Source of the DNA: Octopus sinensis
Taxonomy: Eukaryota
NCBI RefSeq assembly: GCF_006345805.1
Contig: NC_043018.1
Span: 30,008,001 to 30,072,000, forward strand
Direction of reading: 5' to 3'
Length of the DNA: 64,000 nucleotides
Each line of letters starts with the position of its first letter. Within the stretch, counting starts at the first letter, position 1. Shown here piece by piece: positions 12,471 to 25,534 of this stretch. Made by a program: the position numbers and the translations under genes. The notes below the pieces were generated by a model, which saw only the letters and a list, made by a program, of their open reading frames with translations, did no database searches and was not told where the DNA came from.

Positions 12471-12951
12471 GAAAAGAGAATAAAGTCGAATAAGAGACAG
12501 AAATAGATGGAAATACCTTAGTAGAGTATTATATATTTGTAGAAGTGATTAAAAATGGCTTTTCTCATAATCTTCCCACTTTAATAATTAGATGTTCAAA
12601 AGTTTGTAGGTGCTTACAAACACCTAATAACGTGCAAGCGTCTAATTATTGATGTGGAGAAATTATCCGAAAGGCATTTCTATTATTATTTCACACACAC
12701 AAACACACACATATACATACATATATATATTATATATATATATATATAATATATATATGTATGTATGTATGTATGTATATATGTGAGTGTGTATATGTGT
12801 AAGTATATATATATACGAGTAAGCACATAAATGCTAAACAAGAAGGCAAACATAATAAAGATAGTATTCGGATCCCAAAGATAGTATAATACGCTGTTGC
12901 ATTAAAACCGTAATGATGCTTTTGCAGCAGCTTTAATAAGAAATAATTGTG

Positions 12952-13039
<88 letters not shown>

Positions 13040-13399
13040 CAGACAGATAGATAGATAAATTTATGTTGCTTGCCCTTATATATATATATATATATATATC
13101 GTGGACTCTTCCGCGGTGAGACGACGTGCGATGGATCGACAATTTGTTGCCGAACAACCACACAGATGATTTGTCTGTAGTGATCAAATGTTTGTGTAGA
13201 CATTAGCTCACTCCCACCAATAGATCGACATTATCTGTACAGGTGTACCGTGTGCCACATGTCAGATAACGAAATGATTGCAGAGCAACAGGAAATGAAG
13301 TACTTTGCTCAAGAACACAGACGCAGGGACAGAACGACCGAGGAGCCGCCGGATTTTCACCAGAGCCCTGTCTGCCGGGTTGTGGTCCTAATACCACTC

Positions 13400-13915
13400 G
13401 GTGTCAGACCAATCCGCCTTGGGTGGCCCTACCAGGAACCGAAGTTCCCGACGACATAGCTCTGACACTACCCGTTGCCAGCGTCCCCACCACGGTGAGA
13501 GTGAAGCACGAAAAGATCAAGTGAAGGCTTACAAAGAATGAACCTGTGACAAATGAAGGTATGTTGAATCTTATGTGTGTGATTTGTGGGAGTAAATACT
13601 TGAGTCATGAAGGCCTGGTCAGACACCAGAGAATTCACGGAAATCACCCCGCTTTAAATTGTGATACGGTTGCTGTGCAACCTGTGGAATGGCGTGCCTT
13701 TCGGTTGTAGGGTTGAAATGGAATGTCAAAATGCTTCATACTGTAGCATCTGTTCCGTCTGCGAGCCAGCACAGCAGCTCTGCATTATGCAATAAAATGT
13801 GAAGATCTTTGGCCGAGCTCAAGAGTCGTACAAAGGCCTCTCATTGCATCAACAATGAACATTTTTCAATGATTCTTTCTGACAGTGGCTTTGCTCGTAT
13901 ACGAAAAAGCAGCTA
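13400..13915 (+). mobile_element. RTE-like LINE derivative: conserved 5'-UTR-type motif joined to the ORF C-terminus with a single C2H2 finger and 3' UTR, ending in (TACA)n
   Basis: GGGTGGCCCTACCAGG...CCCGACGACATAGCTCT...CCACCACG at about 13420-13495 (recalled from RTE elements). Frame 13525-13710 reads ...MCVICGSKYLSHEGLVRHQRIH...stop. Confidence 0.5.
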
Positions 13916-14447
13916 CATACATACATACATACATACATACATACATACATACATACATACATGCATACATGAATACATACATACATACATGCATACATAC
14001 ATGCATACATACATACATACAAGCATACATACATGCATACATACATGCATACATACATACATACATACATACAAGCATACATGCATACATACATGCATAC
14101 ATACATACATAAGTACATACATGCATACATACATACATGCATGCATGTATACATACATGCATGCATACATACATACATACATACATACATAAGTACATAC
14201 ATGCATGCATACATATATACATATATGCATGCATACATATATACATACATACCTTCATGCATACACACATACATACATACATACATGCATACATGCATAC
14301 ATGCATGCATACATACATACATACATACATACATACATACATACATACATACATACATACATACGTACGTACATACATGCATACATGCATACATGCATGC
14401 ATACTTGGATACATGCATGCATACATACATACATACATACATACATA
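13915..14447. repeat. Long (TACA/TGCA)n microsatellite
   Basis: Visible array of about 530 bp. Confidence 0.95.
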
Positions 14448-15233
14448 TTCTTTTAGTTATTTCAATCACCACTGAATCTACACCACCACCCACACCACCA
14501 TCTTACACTACCACTTACACCACCACCGCTTACATTCTCCTCCTCCTCCTCCTTCTCTTCTTTTTAAGTCAATTCCAGTGATTTCACATTTTGTCTTAAA
14601 ATTACAAACTGACAAAGCATTGAGATAGAGGGAAGTTACGGAGTTCATGCCTTTACCGCCCAAGATTATTAAACAACCTAAGTGAAGCGCTCACACGAAT
14701 TCCGCACCACCATCACATTTTTCAAAATATTAATTGCTTAATTGTTTAATTAGCTAAATACTTCATTAATTTTCATTTCGATTAAATCAATTGGTTTTTA
14801 TTCATCTGCATCATCATCGTCAGCAACATCATAATCATCATAATCATCATCACCATCGTTATAATCACACTCATGATCATCACCAACACCACCATCACTA
14901 CCATCATCACTACCACCGACTTTACCGTCATCATTATCGTCATCATCGTCATCATTTTGTTTCAATGATTCATAACTGCAAAATAAATCAAATAGGAAAT
15001 TTTGAAAAAAAATAAAATAAAATAACGGATAAATTTTATTAAATCCACAAAAAAAATGTATCGGAAATAAACTTATAGAATATAATTTTTCTACTGAAGA
15101 ACTCATTATTTGTTTGTTTTTTGTTTTTTTTATCTTTAATGAAATAATAACAACAATAATAATGATAATAATGTTTTATGAAACGCTGAAGGCTCACAAA
15201 TACACGCTGAGGACAGTACAGGACACTCTCTCT

Positions 15234-15449
15234 TTTTACTCTTTTACTTGTTTCAGTCATTTGACTGCGGCCATGCTGGAGCACCGCCATTAATCGAGCA
15301 ACTCGACCCCGGGACTTATTCTTTTGTAAGCCCAGTACTTATTCTATCGGTCTCTTTTTGCCGAACCGCTAATTTACGGGGACATAAAGACACCAGCATC
15401 GGTTGACTAGCAATGCTAGGGGGCAAACACAGACACACAAACACACACA

Positions 15450-15492
<43 letters not shown>

Positions 15493-15655
15493 CGACGGTC
15501 TTCTTTCAGTTTCCGTCTATCAAATGCACTCACAAGGCTTTGGTCGGCCCGAGGCTATAGTAGAAGACGCTTGCCCAAGGTGCAACGCAGTGGGACTGAA
15601 CCCTGAACCATGTGGTTGGTAAACAAGCTACTTACCACACAGCCACTCCTGCGCC
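15234..15655 (-). mobile_element. SINE family A, full length
   Basis: Reverse complement of the consensus. Confidence 0.88.
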
Positions 15656-15659
15656 TACA

Positions 15660-16655
15660 ATACACAACAATACAAATAAAGTGGGAATACAGAATAAGAA
15701 AAACGTGTAAGCAAAAGAATAATAAATAACATCCTAATAATTTAAAGAGGGTGACTTTCCAAGGGCCGCGCGTGGAAACCCTACAAGACCACGATCGCCC
15801 TCACCTCTAGGGCAACTGTCCTTGCCTCTTCATTCACTCTCAGTCAAGAAGCGCAATACGTTCACCCACCATTCAACAAAATTGCTGAAAGGCAGCACTT
15901 TCCTCCCCACCCTCACTTTACTTTTCAAGTGAAATTTGAAAAATTGATGAGGGCTTGTGGGAAGCGGAAAATGCTTGCCCTTAGCCTATTTAGTCGCCTC
16001 CACCATGCAACTTTTTTTAGCTATGACCATCAACCAAAGAAACACTGCTTTCTCTTCCCGGCCAAAGGAAGGCGGTGGGGTCACCTTGACAATGGACTCA
16101 AGCGATAGCCAGATCTGTCCTACATGCAATGGTAAGTGTACGATATAAATCCACAAGTGAGCAATGCTCGGACACTGGACGAGTGCATGCAAAACTGTGC
16201 GCATCTCGGACAGGCCCGACTAACTGCACTGTAGAGTTTATCCGCACCTGTGGAGTTTATCCCGAATCGGCAATGCCTCCGGTAGCGTTGCCAGGACAAG
16301 GACGTCTGGAAATTATTCATATGACCTATCCCGAAGATCCTCAGGATCAGACCAGCCAGTTGATTCTTGCTAACGCCCAGAATCTCCCCGAGACCATCGT
16401 CGCACTTGCGTGCCACTAATTCTCTATAGAAAGCCTGAGTGGAACTTCCATCGACTTCATTGCTGTACTGAGAGAGAGAGAGAGAACGAGGGGGCTGTCA
16501 GCGCCTGATTAATCTCAAGGAGCAAAGCATCTTGCCTCAGTCTACGTTTGATTCAGGACTGCAGCTCAGTCAAAGAAACGAGCAATGGAAGTCTTTTCTG
16601 AAAAAACCGATCACACTTGCTTACCGTCAAGGTAGCACTGGACGTAGGTTCAGTG
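15660..16655 (-). pseudogene. Degenerate Tx1-clade ORF2 C-terminal fragment plus 3' UTR, running into the assembly gap
   Basis: TVLHALVQCPSIAHLW...PPPSFGREEKAVF and NNFQTSLSWQRYR align with the C-terminus of the ORF at 552-2507; multiple frameshifts. Confidence 0.85.
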
Positions 16656-16755
16656 NNNNNNNNNNNNNNNNNNNNNNNNNNNNNNNNNNNNNNNNNNNNN
16701 NNNNNNNNNNNNNNNNNNNNNNNNNNNNNNNNNNNNNNNNNNNNNNNNNNNNNNN
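16656..16755. other. Assembly gap (100 N)
   Basis: Run of N. Confidence 1.
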
Positions 16756-16920
16756 AAAATTTATCAGAAAGATATATACGTATGTAAAATAATTGTTGTA
16801 TTAAAAATAAAATATATGTAAATATGTATAAAGATAAGTACATAATGTATAGGACGATTTAAAAGTTTGAATAATTCAAAGCTTTTAAACTGCCATTATT
16901 ATATATTTATACTTATACAT

Positions 16921-16959
<39 letters not shown>

Positions 16960-16972
16960 ACAACTATATATA

Positions 16973-17004
<32 letters not shown>

Positions 17005-17560
17005 TTACTTTTTAATACATCAATTATTTACATACGTATATATCTTTCTGAAGAATGTTCTAATTTTGATTTCCTGATATTATAATAATATATTACAAAA
17101 TATATATTATCGCTCGTATTAAATATATAAATACTTTAATAGTATTAATACTTTAATACAATAGAGCACTCAATTATAAATTCAGCATACAATATTCTCA
17201 TTGAATATATTTAACTAAAGATTTATATATATATATATATGAGATTGAAGCACCTCCTTAGGTCGGAATAACGTACACACAACAATATTATGTAAATATC
17301 AAACTTGGTACATAAGTTCCGGCCGAATGATATTCTTGAAGTGTATGTAGACAATTAGAGTTGTTAGAAACGGCCGTAATGGATTGATACCTGTATCTCT
17401 ACTGTTACTAATCTCTCTCTCCCCCCTCTCTCTCCCTCTCTCTCTCTCTGTACATATACATATGTCAACTTGTAAAATCATTCACTCGTGGATCTCATTA
17501 TTAACAACATGGACCCATTTTCTTCTTAAGAAAAAATATATTTTCATATAAATTAAACAT

Positions 17561-17597
17561 TGTATCATGAATAGCGATTGCGAAACCGGTCGATACA
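17561..17597 (+). ncRNA. Minimal type I hammerhead-like motif with A3-U8 core (AUGAAUA)
   Basis: Stem I UGUAUC/GAUACA; stem II GC-GAUU-GC; GAA; palindromic stem III ACCGGU; C17 at 17591. Confidence 0.6.
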
Positions 17598-17668
17598 TTA
17601 AGAATTATACTATAACCATGTAAGTGTGCGTATTTTCCATTTTTCTTTTTCTTATATATATATATATA

Positions 17669-18198
17669 CAGGGTGTCCCCAAAAAATGTATACACTTGCT
17701 GCAACAGTCTGTCATGCCAATCATTAGAGAGGACTTTGAACAGGAAGAGTTTCATTTCCAGCAAGATGGGGCACCTCCACACTACCATCGCGATGTTAGA
17801 TCCTTTCTTGAGGGATATTGCCAACAGGTATTGGACGGAGAGGTTTTGTCGAATACCCTCCACGTTCAGCAACCTCACACACTAGACTTCTTTTTATGGG
17901 GATACCTAAAGGACAAAGTCTCCGCACAGAAACCTGCCAACAGTCATTCATTGAGGGCAACCATTGAACATGAATGTACGAATATCCCAAGGGAATTGTT
18001 CCATGATGTGTGCCATTCCATCGCTTCGCGTTGTCAGCAGTGTCTGGAGCAGAACGGACATCAGTTTGAGAACATGCGATAACAAGACAATAGAATGATA
18101 TTTGTAAATTCTTTTACATGTTGAAAATTATTCGAATTATAATAAACCCCAAATTTACAATTATTTAAGGTGTGTATACATTTTTTTGGGACACTCTG
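17669..18198 (+). mobile_element. Internally deleted Tc1/mariner-superfamily transposon (rosa/DD41D- or maT-like C-terminus) with TIRs and TA flanks
   Basis: TIR CAGGGTGTCCCCAAAAAATGTATACAC ... GTGTATACATTTTTTTGGGACACTCTG. Peptide FQQDGAPPH...LDFFLWGYLKDKV...NGHQFE. Confidence 0.88.
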
Positions 18199-18210
18199 TA
18201 TATATATATA

Positions 18211-18396
18211 AAGAGAAAACAGGATTTGTTATACAGGATTTAAGAGCATATTTGAGCCATGATAATAAAAATATTAAACAATTGTCCTTGCCTCAATTAT
18301 ATTGAAAGAACAAAATTGTATTTTTTTTATTATCATGACTCTAAGATGTTCTTAAATCCTGTAAAACAAATTTGTGTTTTTTCATCTTTTCTCTTT
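18211..18396. repeat. Foldback/MITE-like element with about 60-bp imperfect inverted arms
   Basis: TACAGGATTTAAGAGCAT...CATGATAATAAAA pairs with TTTTATTATCATG...ATGTTCTTAAATCCTGTA. Confidence 0.65.
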
Positions 18397-19134
18397 CTAT
18401 ATATAAATCCACCAGGTATGTTTCCCCATTAAAATATTTTCTACCTTATGTATATATACATACTGTTATATATACATATGTACGATGAGTATACAGTGAT
18501 AAATATATAGGGATAAATTATCGGGATATAGGGATAAATTATTCAGGCAAGTACCGTACAGGCAATCAAGTATAACCTAGGTTCACGCTAACCACATCGA
18601 ATAATAAGGGGCACTCAGCATTACTTAGGGTATGTAATCCCACTGTAATTCATCCAATGGCTAAATCGCTTCACTGGATTATGAATATTTTCGGGAATAT
18701 AAATCTAAAACAATTACAATGTATATGGAGACTGCTGCATCTCCATATATTAATTATTAATTTTACAGTCAATTATACAGCGTATTTAAAGCAAGTATGC
18801 TGTATAATTAAATAAAGAGAAAATATATGCATATATATCAGCCTCTGTATTCATTATAATTGCTTTATTATATATATATACTCACATATATATATATACA
18901 CTACATACATTATATATATATATATTATATATATATATATATACTCACATATAGATATATATATACATACATACATACATATATATATCTATATATATAT
19001 ATATATATATACTCACAATATATATAATACATATATACATACATATATATATATATATATACATATATATATTGGTTAAAACGGTAAGATAACAAAAAAA
19101 AGAAAGAGACCTCAATATATGTAAATAGAGGAAT

Positions 19135-19183
<49 letters not shown>

Positions 19184-19231
19184 GATATATACACACGCAC
19201 ACACATACACATACATATATATCTTGTATCG

Positions 19232-19625
19232 TTACTTATTTTAGTCATTAGACTGCGACCATGCTGGGGCACCATCTTGAATTTTCAGTCGGATGAAGTA
19301 CTTCTTTTTTTTTAAGTCTGGTACTTATTCTCTCAGTCTCTTTTGGTGAACCGCTATGTTACGGGGATGCTAGCACACCAACACCAGTAGTCAAGAAAGA
19401 CAAACACATAAACACACACACATACACACAAACACACACTCACTCACACACATATACACACACTCACACCCACATAAACGACAGACTTCTTTTAGCTTCC
19501 GTCTAAATCCACAAGGCTTTGGTCGGCCCAGGTCTATAGTAGCCCAAGTTAGTATACAGTGGGACAGAACCCGGAACCATGTGGTTGAGAAGCAAGCTTC
19601 TTACCACCAAACTCACGCCTGCACC
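19232..19625 (-). mobile_element. SINE family A, diverged
   Basis: Head and tail blocks recognisable. Confidence 0.78.
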
Positions 19626-19632
19626 TATACAC

Positions 19633-19665
<33 letters not shown>

Positions 19666-20644
19666 ATATATATACATATAATATATATAATATAATATAT
19701 ATTATATATATTGTACACGTGTGTGTATCTATATATCTATTATACATATCTATTTGTAAATTATAAGTATGTGCATATGTGTATGTGTTTGTGTGTGTGT
19801 ATTTTTGTTCTGATAGCACGTGACAAGCAGTGCTGGTTTGTTTACGTCCCCTCGACACAACATAGCGGGTCGGCAAAAGGGGCCGCAAGAGCACGTAACA
19901 AAATACCAGACTTGAAAAAAGAAACTTAAGCTTTGCTTGACTAAACCTTTCAAGTCGATGCTCCAGTATGGCCACAGGCCAATAACAACAATAACAACAA
20001 CAAAAAAAGAAAAAAGATTAAAAGATTAGAAAAAAGTTACTATTTTGTTTGTTAAATGAATATTACGGAAGAGTCTTGCGGAATAACCTAAACCAATATT
20101 TTACAATATTTTACAATATTTTACAAGGTGGTTTATATTTTTATGAAAAGTGTAAAAACTGGCACAAGGGAATATTTTTTGTCTGAAATTTCCAAATGAA
20201 CGACATTGTTTTCATAATTTGCATCTTGCTTTAAAAAATTGAAATAATGCAATCCGAGTTTTAATTTAAACATTGAATATTAATGCCGATTCTAGTTTAC
20301 TGTTCCTGGTATTCTAAACGCATGTGGTGCTGGAGAAAATTCTAAAACTTATTTTGCTGATATTTATTTTTAAGCGAATTAAAATTTTTTTTTTTTGAAA
20401 TCTGTTTGTTTTGTAAAAGATGAATTTTAACGCTTTAATTCTTCGGTGATCTTAATATTTTTTTACAGTTTCCATTGCAAAATAGATTCTAAATGACAAA
20501 CAAAAGATATGCGTATTGAATTGTACTAACAAGGAATTCTGGAAAAAAAAAAAATTACCATTTAACTTCAAACACTATCTGATCTTCTCTGTTGGAAAAA
20601 GACCAAAACAAACAAAAAATCGAAGAAACCGAAATGTTTATATA

Positions 20645-21070
20645 GGCGTAAGCAGGTTTGTGTGGTTAAGAAGCTCGCTTATAACCACATAGTTCCGGGT
20701 TCTGTTCTACTCCGCGGCGTGTTCGGCAAATGTTTTCTTCTACAGTTTTCTTCTACAAGCCGTCCATTGTCTTGTGAGTGAAATTGGTAGACGGAGACCG
20801 TGTGGAACCCAGTCTTGTACATTTAATTATGTATGCATGTGTGTGTGTGTGTGTGTGTCTGTGCTTGTGTTTGCCCCCACCTCCATCGCTTAATAACCGA
20901 CGTTGGTTCGTTTACGACCCCGTAACTTAGCAGTCCGGCAAAACATACCGATAGGATAATTACCAGACTTTAAAAAAAACAGACGTATTGAAGTCGATCT
21001 GTTCGACTAAAACTCTCCAAGAAGGTGCCCCAGCTTGGCCGCAGTCCAATGCCTGAAACAAATAAAAGTT
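20645..21070 (+). mobile_element. SINE family A, diverged
   Basis: Head and tail blocks recognisable. Confidence 0.78.
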
Positions 21071-21984
21071 AAAAGATATAATTTCGCTTCAGGCAGTCAT
21101 GGGAAAACAGCGGTCCACGGGACTTCCTGAATGGTACGTCTAACGAAAAATTGCCTCGAATTTCCTTAGTGGAGCGGCCTGCCAGATGATAAGTCATGTC
21201 TAATGCGGCTGGCTTGACTAAAAAGGTTGCTCATGTTTCGACTAGGGCTTTGCGTAGGTTTCTGTAATATTGGTTTCAAATTTCGTTACAATATAAGCAA
21301 GTTCGGGGCAGGGGAGAGTAAGTCAATTACATCGAACCCAGTATATAACTGGTACTTATTTTACCGACCACGGAAGGATGAACGGTGAAGTTAACCTCGG
21401 CGGAATTTGAACTCGAGATTTCTCTAATATTCCTTGTCATAATCTTTGCTAATTCTTACAAATGAATTCTTCTTTTACTTTTGTTAGATCTTTGAAGGGA
21501 AAAAGAAACCAGGTATTTTTTAGAAAATAACACACTATAGTAGAATTTTTATTTTTAACTACCCACAAGGGGCTAAACACAGAGAGGACAAACAAGGACA
21601 GACAAACAGATTAAGTCAATTACATCGACCCCAGTGCATAACTGGTACTTAATTTATCGACCCCGAAAGGACGAACGGAAAAGTTAACCTCGGCGGAATT
21701 TGAACTCGAGATATTCTGTAATATTCCTTGTCATAATCTTTGCTAATTCCCACAAATGAATTTTTCTTTTAACTTTTGTTAGATCTTTGCAAAGGAACAA
21801 AAAAATCCAGGTTTTTTAAAAAATAGCACACTATAGCAGAATATTACTAATTCTGCTCAAGTTTTACAAGGACGCATTATTTCCCCCGAAAATGGCTAAA
21901 AAAAATCAATCCGGGCCCTATATGCTAATTTTGTCTCTGAATTCTCACTACAATGAGCTTTATTACTATAATCGTGTATATGAA

Positions 21985-22187
21985 GGCGGCGAGCTGGCAG
22001 AAACGTTAGCACGCCGGGCGAAATGCGAAGCCGTATTTCGTCTGCCGTTACGGTCTGAGTTCAAATTCCGCCGAGGTCGACTTTGCCTTTCATCCTAAAT
22101 ACAGTACCAGTTTCGCACTGGGGTCGATGTAATCGACTTACTCTCTTTGTCTGTCTATGGTTAGCCCCTTGTGGGCAGTAAAGAAAT
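21985..22187 (+). mobile_element. SINE family B with TSD TATAATCGTGTA
   Basis: GGCGGCGAGCTGGCAGAAACGTTAGC head through GTAAAGAAATA tail; small internal deletion. Confidence 0.87.
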
Positions 22188-22649
22188 ATATAATCGTGTA
22201 GGACATTTTCACTACCGTGGTTGCATAATTTATGCTCAAGCTTCAATTGCTAACATATGTTTTAATATGCAGTAATATTTTCTGTTAAAGGTAGCGTATT
22301 TTTGTAACGTTAGTGATGAACTGTTAGATTACTTTAAATATTACATGCTTTAATGCATCTAAAGCAATCTTATATTCGCCGATGAAATTTGGCGGGCTTC
22401 TAAAATGGCCGCGAGTCTTCTACATCATCAGTTGCATTACTTTAAAACTTTCCAGAATTCCATGAATCTTTAAAAAGCATTTTATCTACGGTTAACAAAA
22501 GAAGTTTAAAATGTATGTTTAAAACACACACACACACACACAAATATATATATATATATACACTCACATATATATATTCATACGTATATATATATATACA
22601 TACATATACATAAATATAATACATATATATATATCTATAATATATATAT

Positions 22650-22686
<37 letters not shown>

Positions 22687-22689
22687 GTA

Positions 22690-22900
22690 ACGAGAAGCTT
22701 TATGAAAATAGACAAAAGACGAAGGCAGGTGGAATACAAACAAACAATTGTATTAGTATGGCGCTCAGGAATAGAAATAAAACAAGTCTTTTACGTTTCG
22801 AGCCTACGCTCTTCAACAGAAAGATACACAGAAAGAAACACAGAAAGAAACAAGGAGAGAAAAAAATGCGTGCAGAGGCTAGCGAATCAACATGGCGATA
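22690..22900 (-). mobile_element. H1 family short element carrying a hammerhead-like motif (22787-22824; core CUGUUGA+A)
   Basis: Stem I UCUUU/AAAGA, stem II GAGC-GUAG-GCUC, GAA, ACGU, A17. Homologous to 29620-29800, 31520-31740 and 42190-42365. Confidence 0.7.
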
Positions 22901-22973
22901 TATATATACATACATATACACACATATATATATATACATATATACATATATATATATATATACATACATATAT

Positions 22974-23008
<35 letters not shown>

Positions 23009-23146
23009 CGTATATATACGTATATATACATATAATTTATTAATAAAGGTGCAAAGGCAAAGTATAGTTATATACATAAATATACAATTATGTATCAACG
23101 TCAATATATATTTATACATATAGGCATCTTTTGTTCCATTCTCAAC

Positions 23147-23195
23147 CAAAAGTGTCCGACGAACGGGAACGTGAAACTCTGAGTAACAGCTTTTG
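23147..23195 (+). ncRNA. H2 family hammerhead-like motif (core CCGACGA, U4C)
   Basis: Stem II ACG-GGAA-CGU, GAA, stem III ACUC-U-GAGU, A17 at 23185, stem I CAAAAGUGU/ACAGCUUUUG (one bulge). Confidence 0.62.
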
Positions 23196-23211
23196 TGATA
23201 TCTTTGTAGTT

Positions 23212-23990
23212 TTATTAGTTAGTTAGTTAGTTAGTTAGTTAATTTGGCTCAAAAGCAAATAGCAAGGCCATGTAGGGGGACATGGAGTTAAGTACAGGGT
23301 GGTGTTCATGTAAAGAGTTCAGGCCACTTGTGGTCCAGGGAGGCTTTGAACAAAGCGGTCGTTGGCATCTTCACCATCTCATCTGGCAGCTTGTTCCACG
23401 GATCCGCAACCCGGACGGAGAAAGCTCCTCTCCTTCGATTGAGATGAAATCGTCGCAGGTAGAGCTTTTCGGAATGACCCCGCAGCCGACGCTCCGGAGC
23501 AGGAGTGAAGAACAGCTCTTTCGAGAGGTTACACTTCCCGCTTATGATGTTGTGGGCGAGAATGAGATCACCACGGCGGCGGCGTTTTTCAAGAGAATAA
23601 AGGTCGAGCGTCCTCAGCCTTTCTTCGTAGGACAAATTTTTGAGACCATGAACCAGGCGGGTAGCCAGCCTCTGGACTCTTTCGAGGTGCTGTATGTCTT
23701 GAGGAGATAAGGAGAAGAGGCTTGAATCCCATACTCCAATATGGGTCTCACCAGCGTGACATAGAGTGGCAGGAATATGGCTGCTGTGAGCACTCCGAAT
23801 GACCGTCGAATCAAAAACAGAATTCCGCGCGCTTTGTTGGCAGCATGGACGCACTGGGCCGAAGGCGAAAAGGAGGAATCCACCAAGATACCCAGGTCCT
23901 TTACCTGATCGGTCCTCTCCAGCAGCAGACGACCCGGCTCGAAATCAAGTTGAGTTGCAGGAGTAGAGCCGACAGGCAGATGACAGCACT
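23212..23990 (-). pseudogene. 5'-truncated CR1-clade LINE (RT C-terminus) with (AACT)n tail
   Basis: VKDLGILVD, LYVTLVRPILEYG, SYEERLRTLDLYSLEKRRRRGDLI, LRGH, FSVRVADPWNKLP; one frameshift; tail TTAGTTAGTTAG on the + strand. Confidence 0.9.
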
Positions 23991-24120
23991 AAGCATATTA
24001 CTCTATATCTCCGGTATTCGAGTACAATTTTTTCTACCTTGTTTCTCAATTACGTTCTTACTCTGGTACAATCACACACACACACACATACACACACACA
24101 TATATATATATACATACATA

Positions 24121-24175
<55 letters not shown>

Positions 24176-24390
24176 ACACACATATAATCTAACATATAAA
24201 ATTTATTGTATTCAAGTATGAAAATATATATTGTATATTGTGCGATAAAACTTTAGAGAATTCATATATTGCAGTAACACATAAATTCGTTTTAAAATAA
24301 TGGATAGAATTGGAGAACATTTCATATCCTACAAAACCTATCTGATGCTCTCTGTCTGTCTATTTATCTCTCTCTCTCTCTCCTCCCTCC

Positions 24391-24475
<85 letters not shown>

Positions 24476-24490
24476 CATCTATCTATCTAT

Positions 24491-24790
24491 AACAGAGGGT
24501 TACCTACTTGCAAACAAATGTGGTAACATGTAACATCACTGACCGAGGTTACTGTGGTCTTTTCCGTAGGCTATTCTTCCCACGGATAAACCTTATCTGC
24601 TTCCCCCTTTACACTTTACACCATGACATTGATCCCTATTGATCATTTTTTCTCTTTTTTTCCCTTTTCCCCCCTTTTTTTTCTTCTTTTCCTTTTACGA
24701 TCCCCTTTTTTTTCTCTCCCCCAAAAAGAAAAGCTCTACTTTGTAATCTGTCCCGTCTGTGGGCAGCCCTGTGTGGCTAATAAAGAAACA
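24491..24790 (+). mobile_element. 5'-truncated Tx1-family 3' UTR inserted inside a (TATC)n array
   Basis: Homologous to 2560-2833; (TATC)n on both sides (about 24391-24490 and 24791-24875). Confidence 0.75.
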
Positions 24791-24875
<85 letters not shown>

Positions 24876-25534
24876 CTTTCTCTTTTCCCCCTCCCCTTCT
24901 ATATTTCCCTCTTTCCCTCTTTCCACTCTTATAGCCTTTCTCTTCCGCCTTTTCTCCCTATCTGTCTAGTTAGCGAACTACTTTCTATTTACCCATCTAT
25001 CTATCACACAATCCTTCTATCTACGGGCATGGGTGTTTGGTTATGAAGCACGCCTTACAATCTCATGTTTTCGGGTTCAGTCCCACTTCGCGGTAAATTG
25101 GGGAAGTTCGTTTTTATCGCTTCTAAACTCGATGTCTTAAGTTTTAGCATATAATCATCCTTCGATATATTTTCTAATTGAGGTATTTAATAACTACATT
25201 CTTTAATTAGTAAATTCTATTTTCGAAACGGTGTGTCGTACAATTTATAGAGATCATTCTATCAGTTTCCTTGTTTCGGTCATTAGATTGCCGCCCCGCT
25301 GGAGCGTTGCCGTCAAAAATTTAGTTTAACAAACCGATACTCAATATATATTCAAACTCTCGAACTTATTCTATCAGTTTCGTTTGTCAAACTACTAAGT
25401 TACAGCGACACAAACAAACCAACACCGTTTGTGAAGCAGTCGTTGTGTTGTTGGGGACAAACACAAATCCACACAGACACACGCACACTCACAGGGTCGG
25501 CTCAAGGTACTGGCACCTCGGGTAGTCGCCATGC

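Noticed and set aside
13561-13710. Host C2H2 zinc-finger gene
   Set aside because: Single finger, upstream in-frame stop, no linker repeats, and followed by a LINE-like tail; better explained as an RTE C-terminus.
17335-17385. GAA-ACGGCCGU-A with a weak upstream hairpin as a hammerhead
   Set aside because: No recognisable core adjacent to stem II and no stem I partner.
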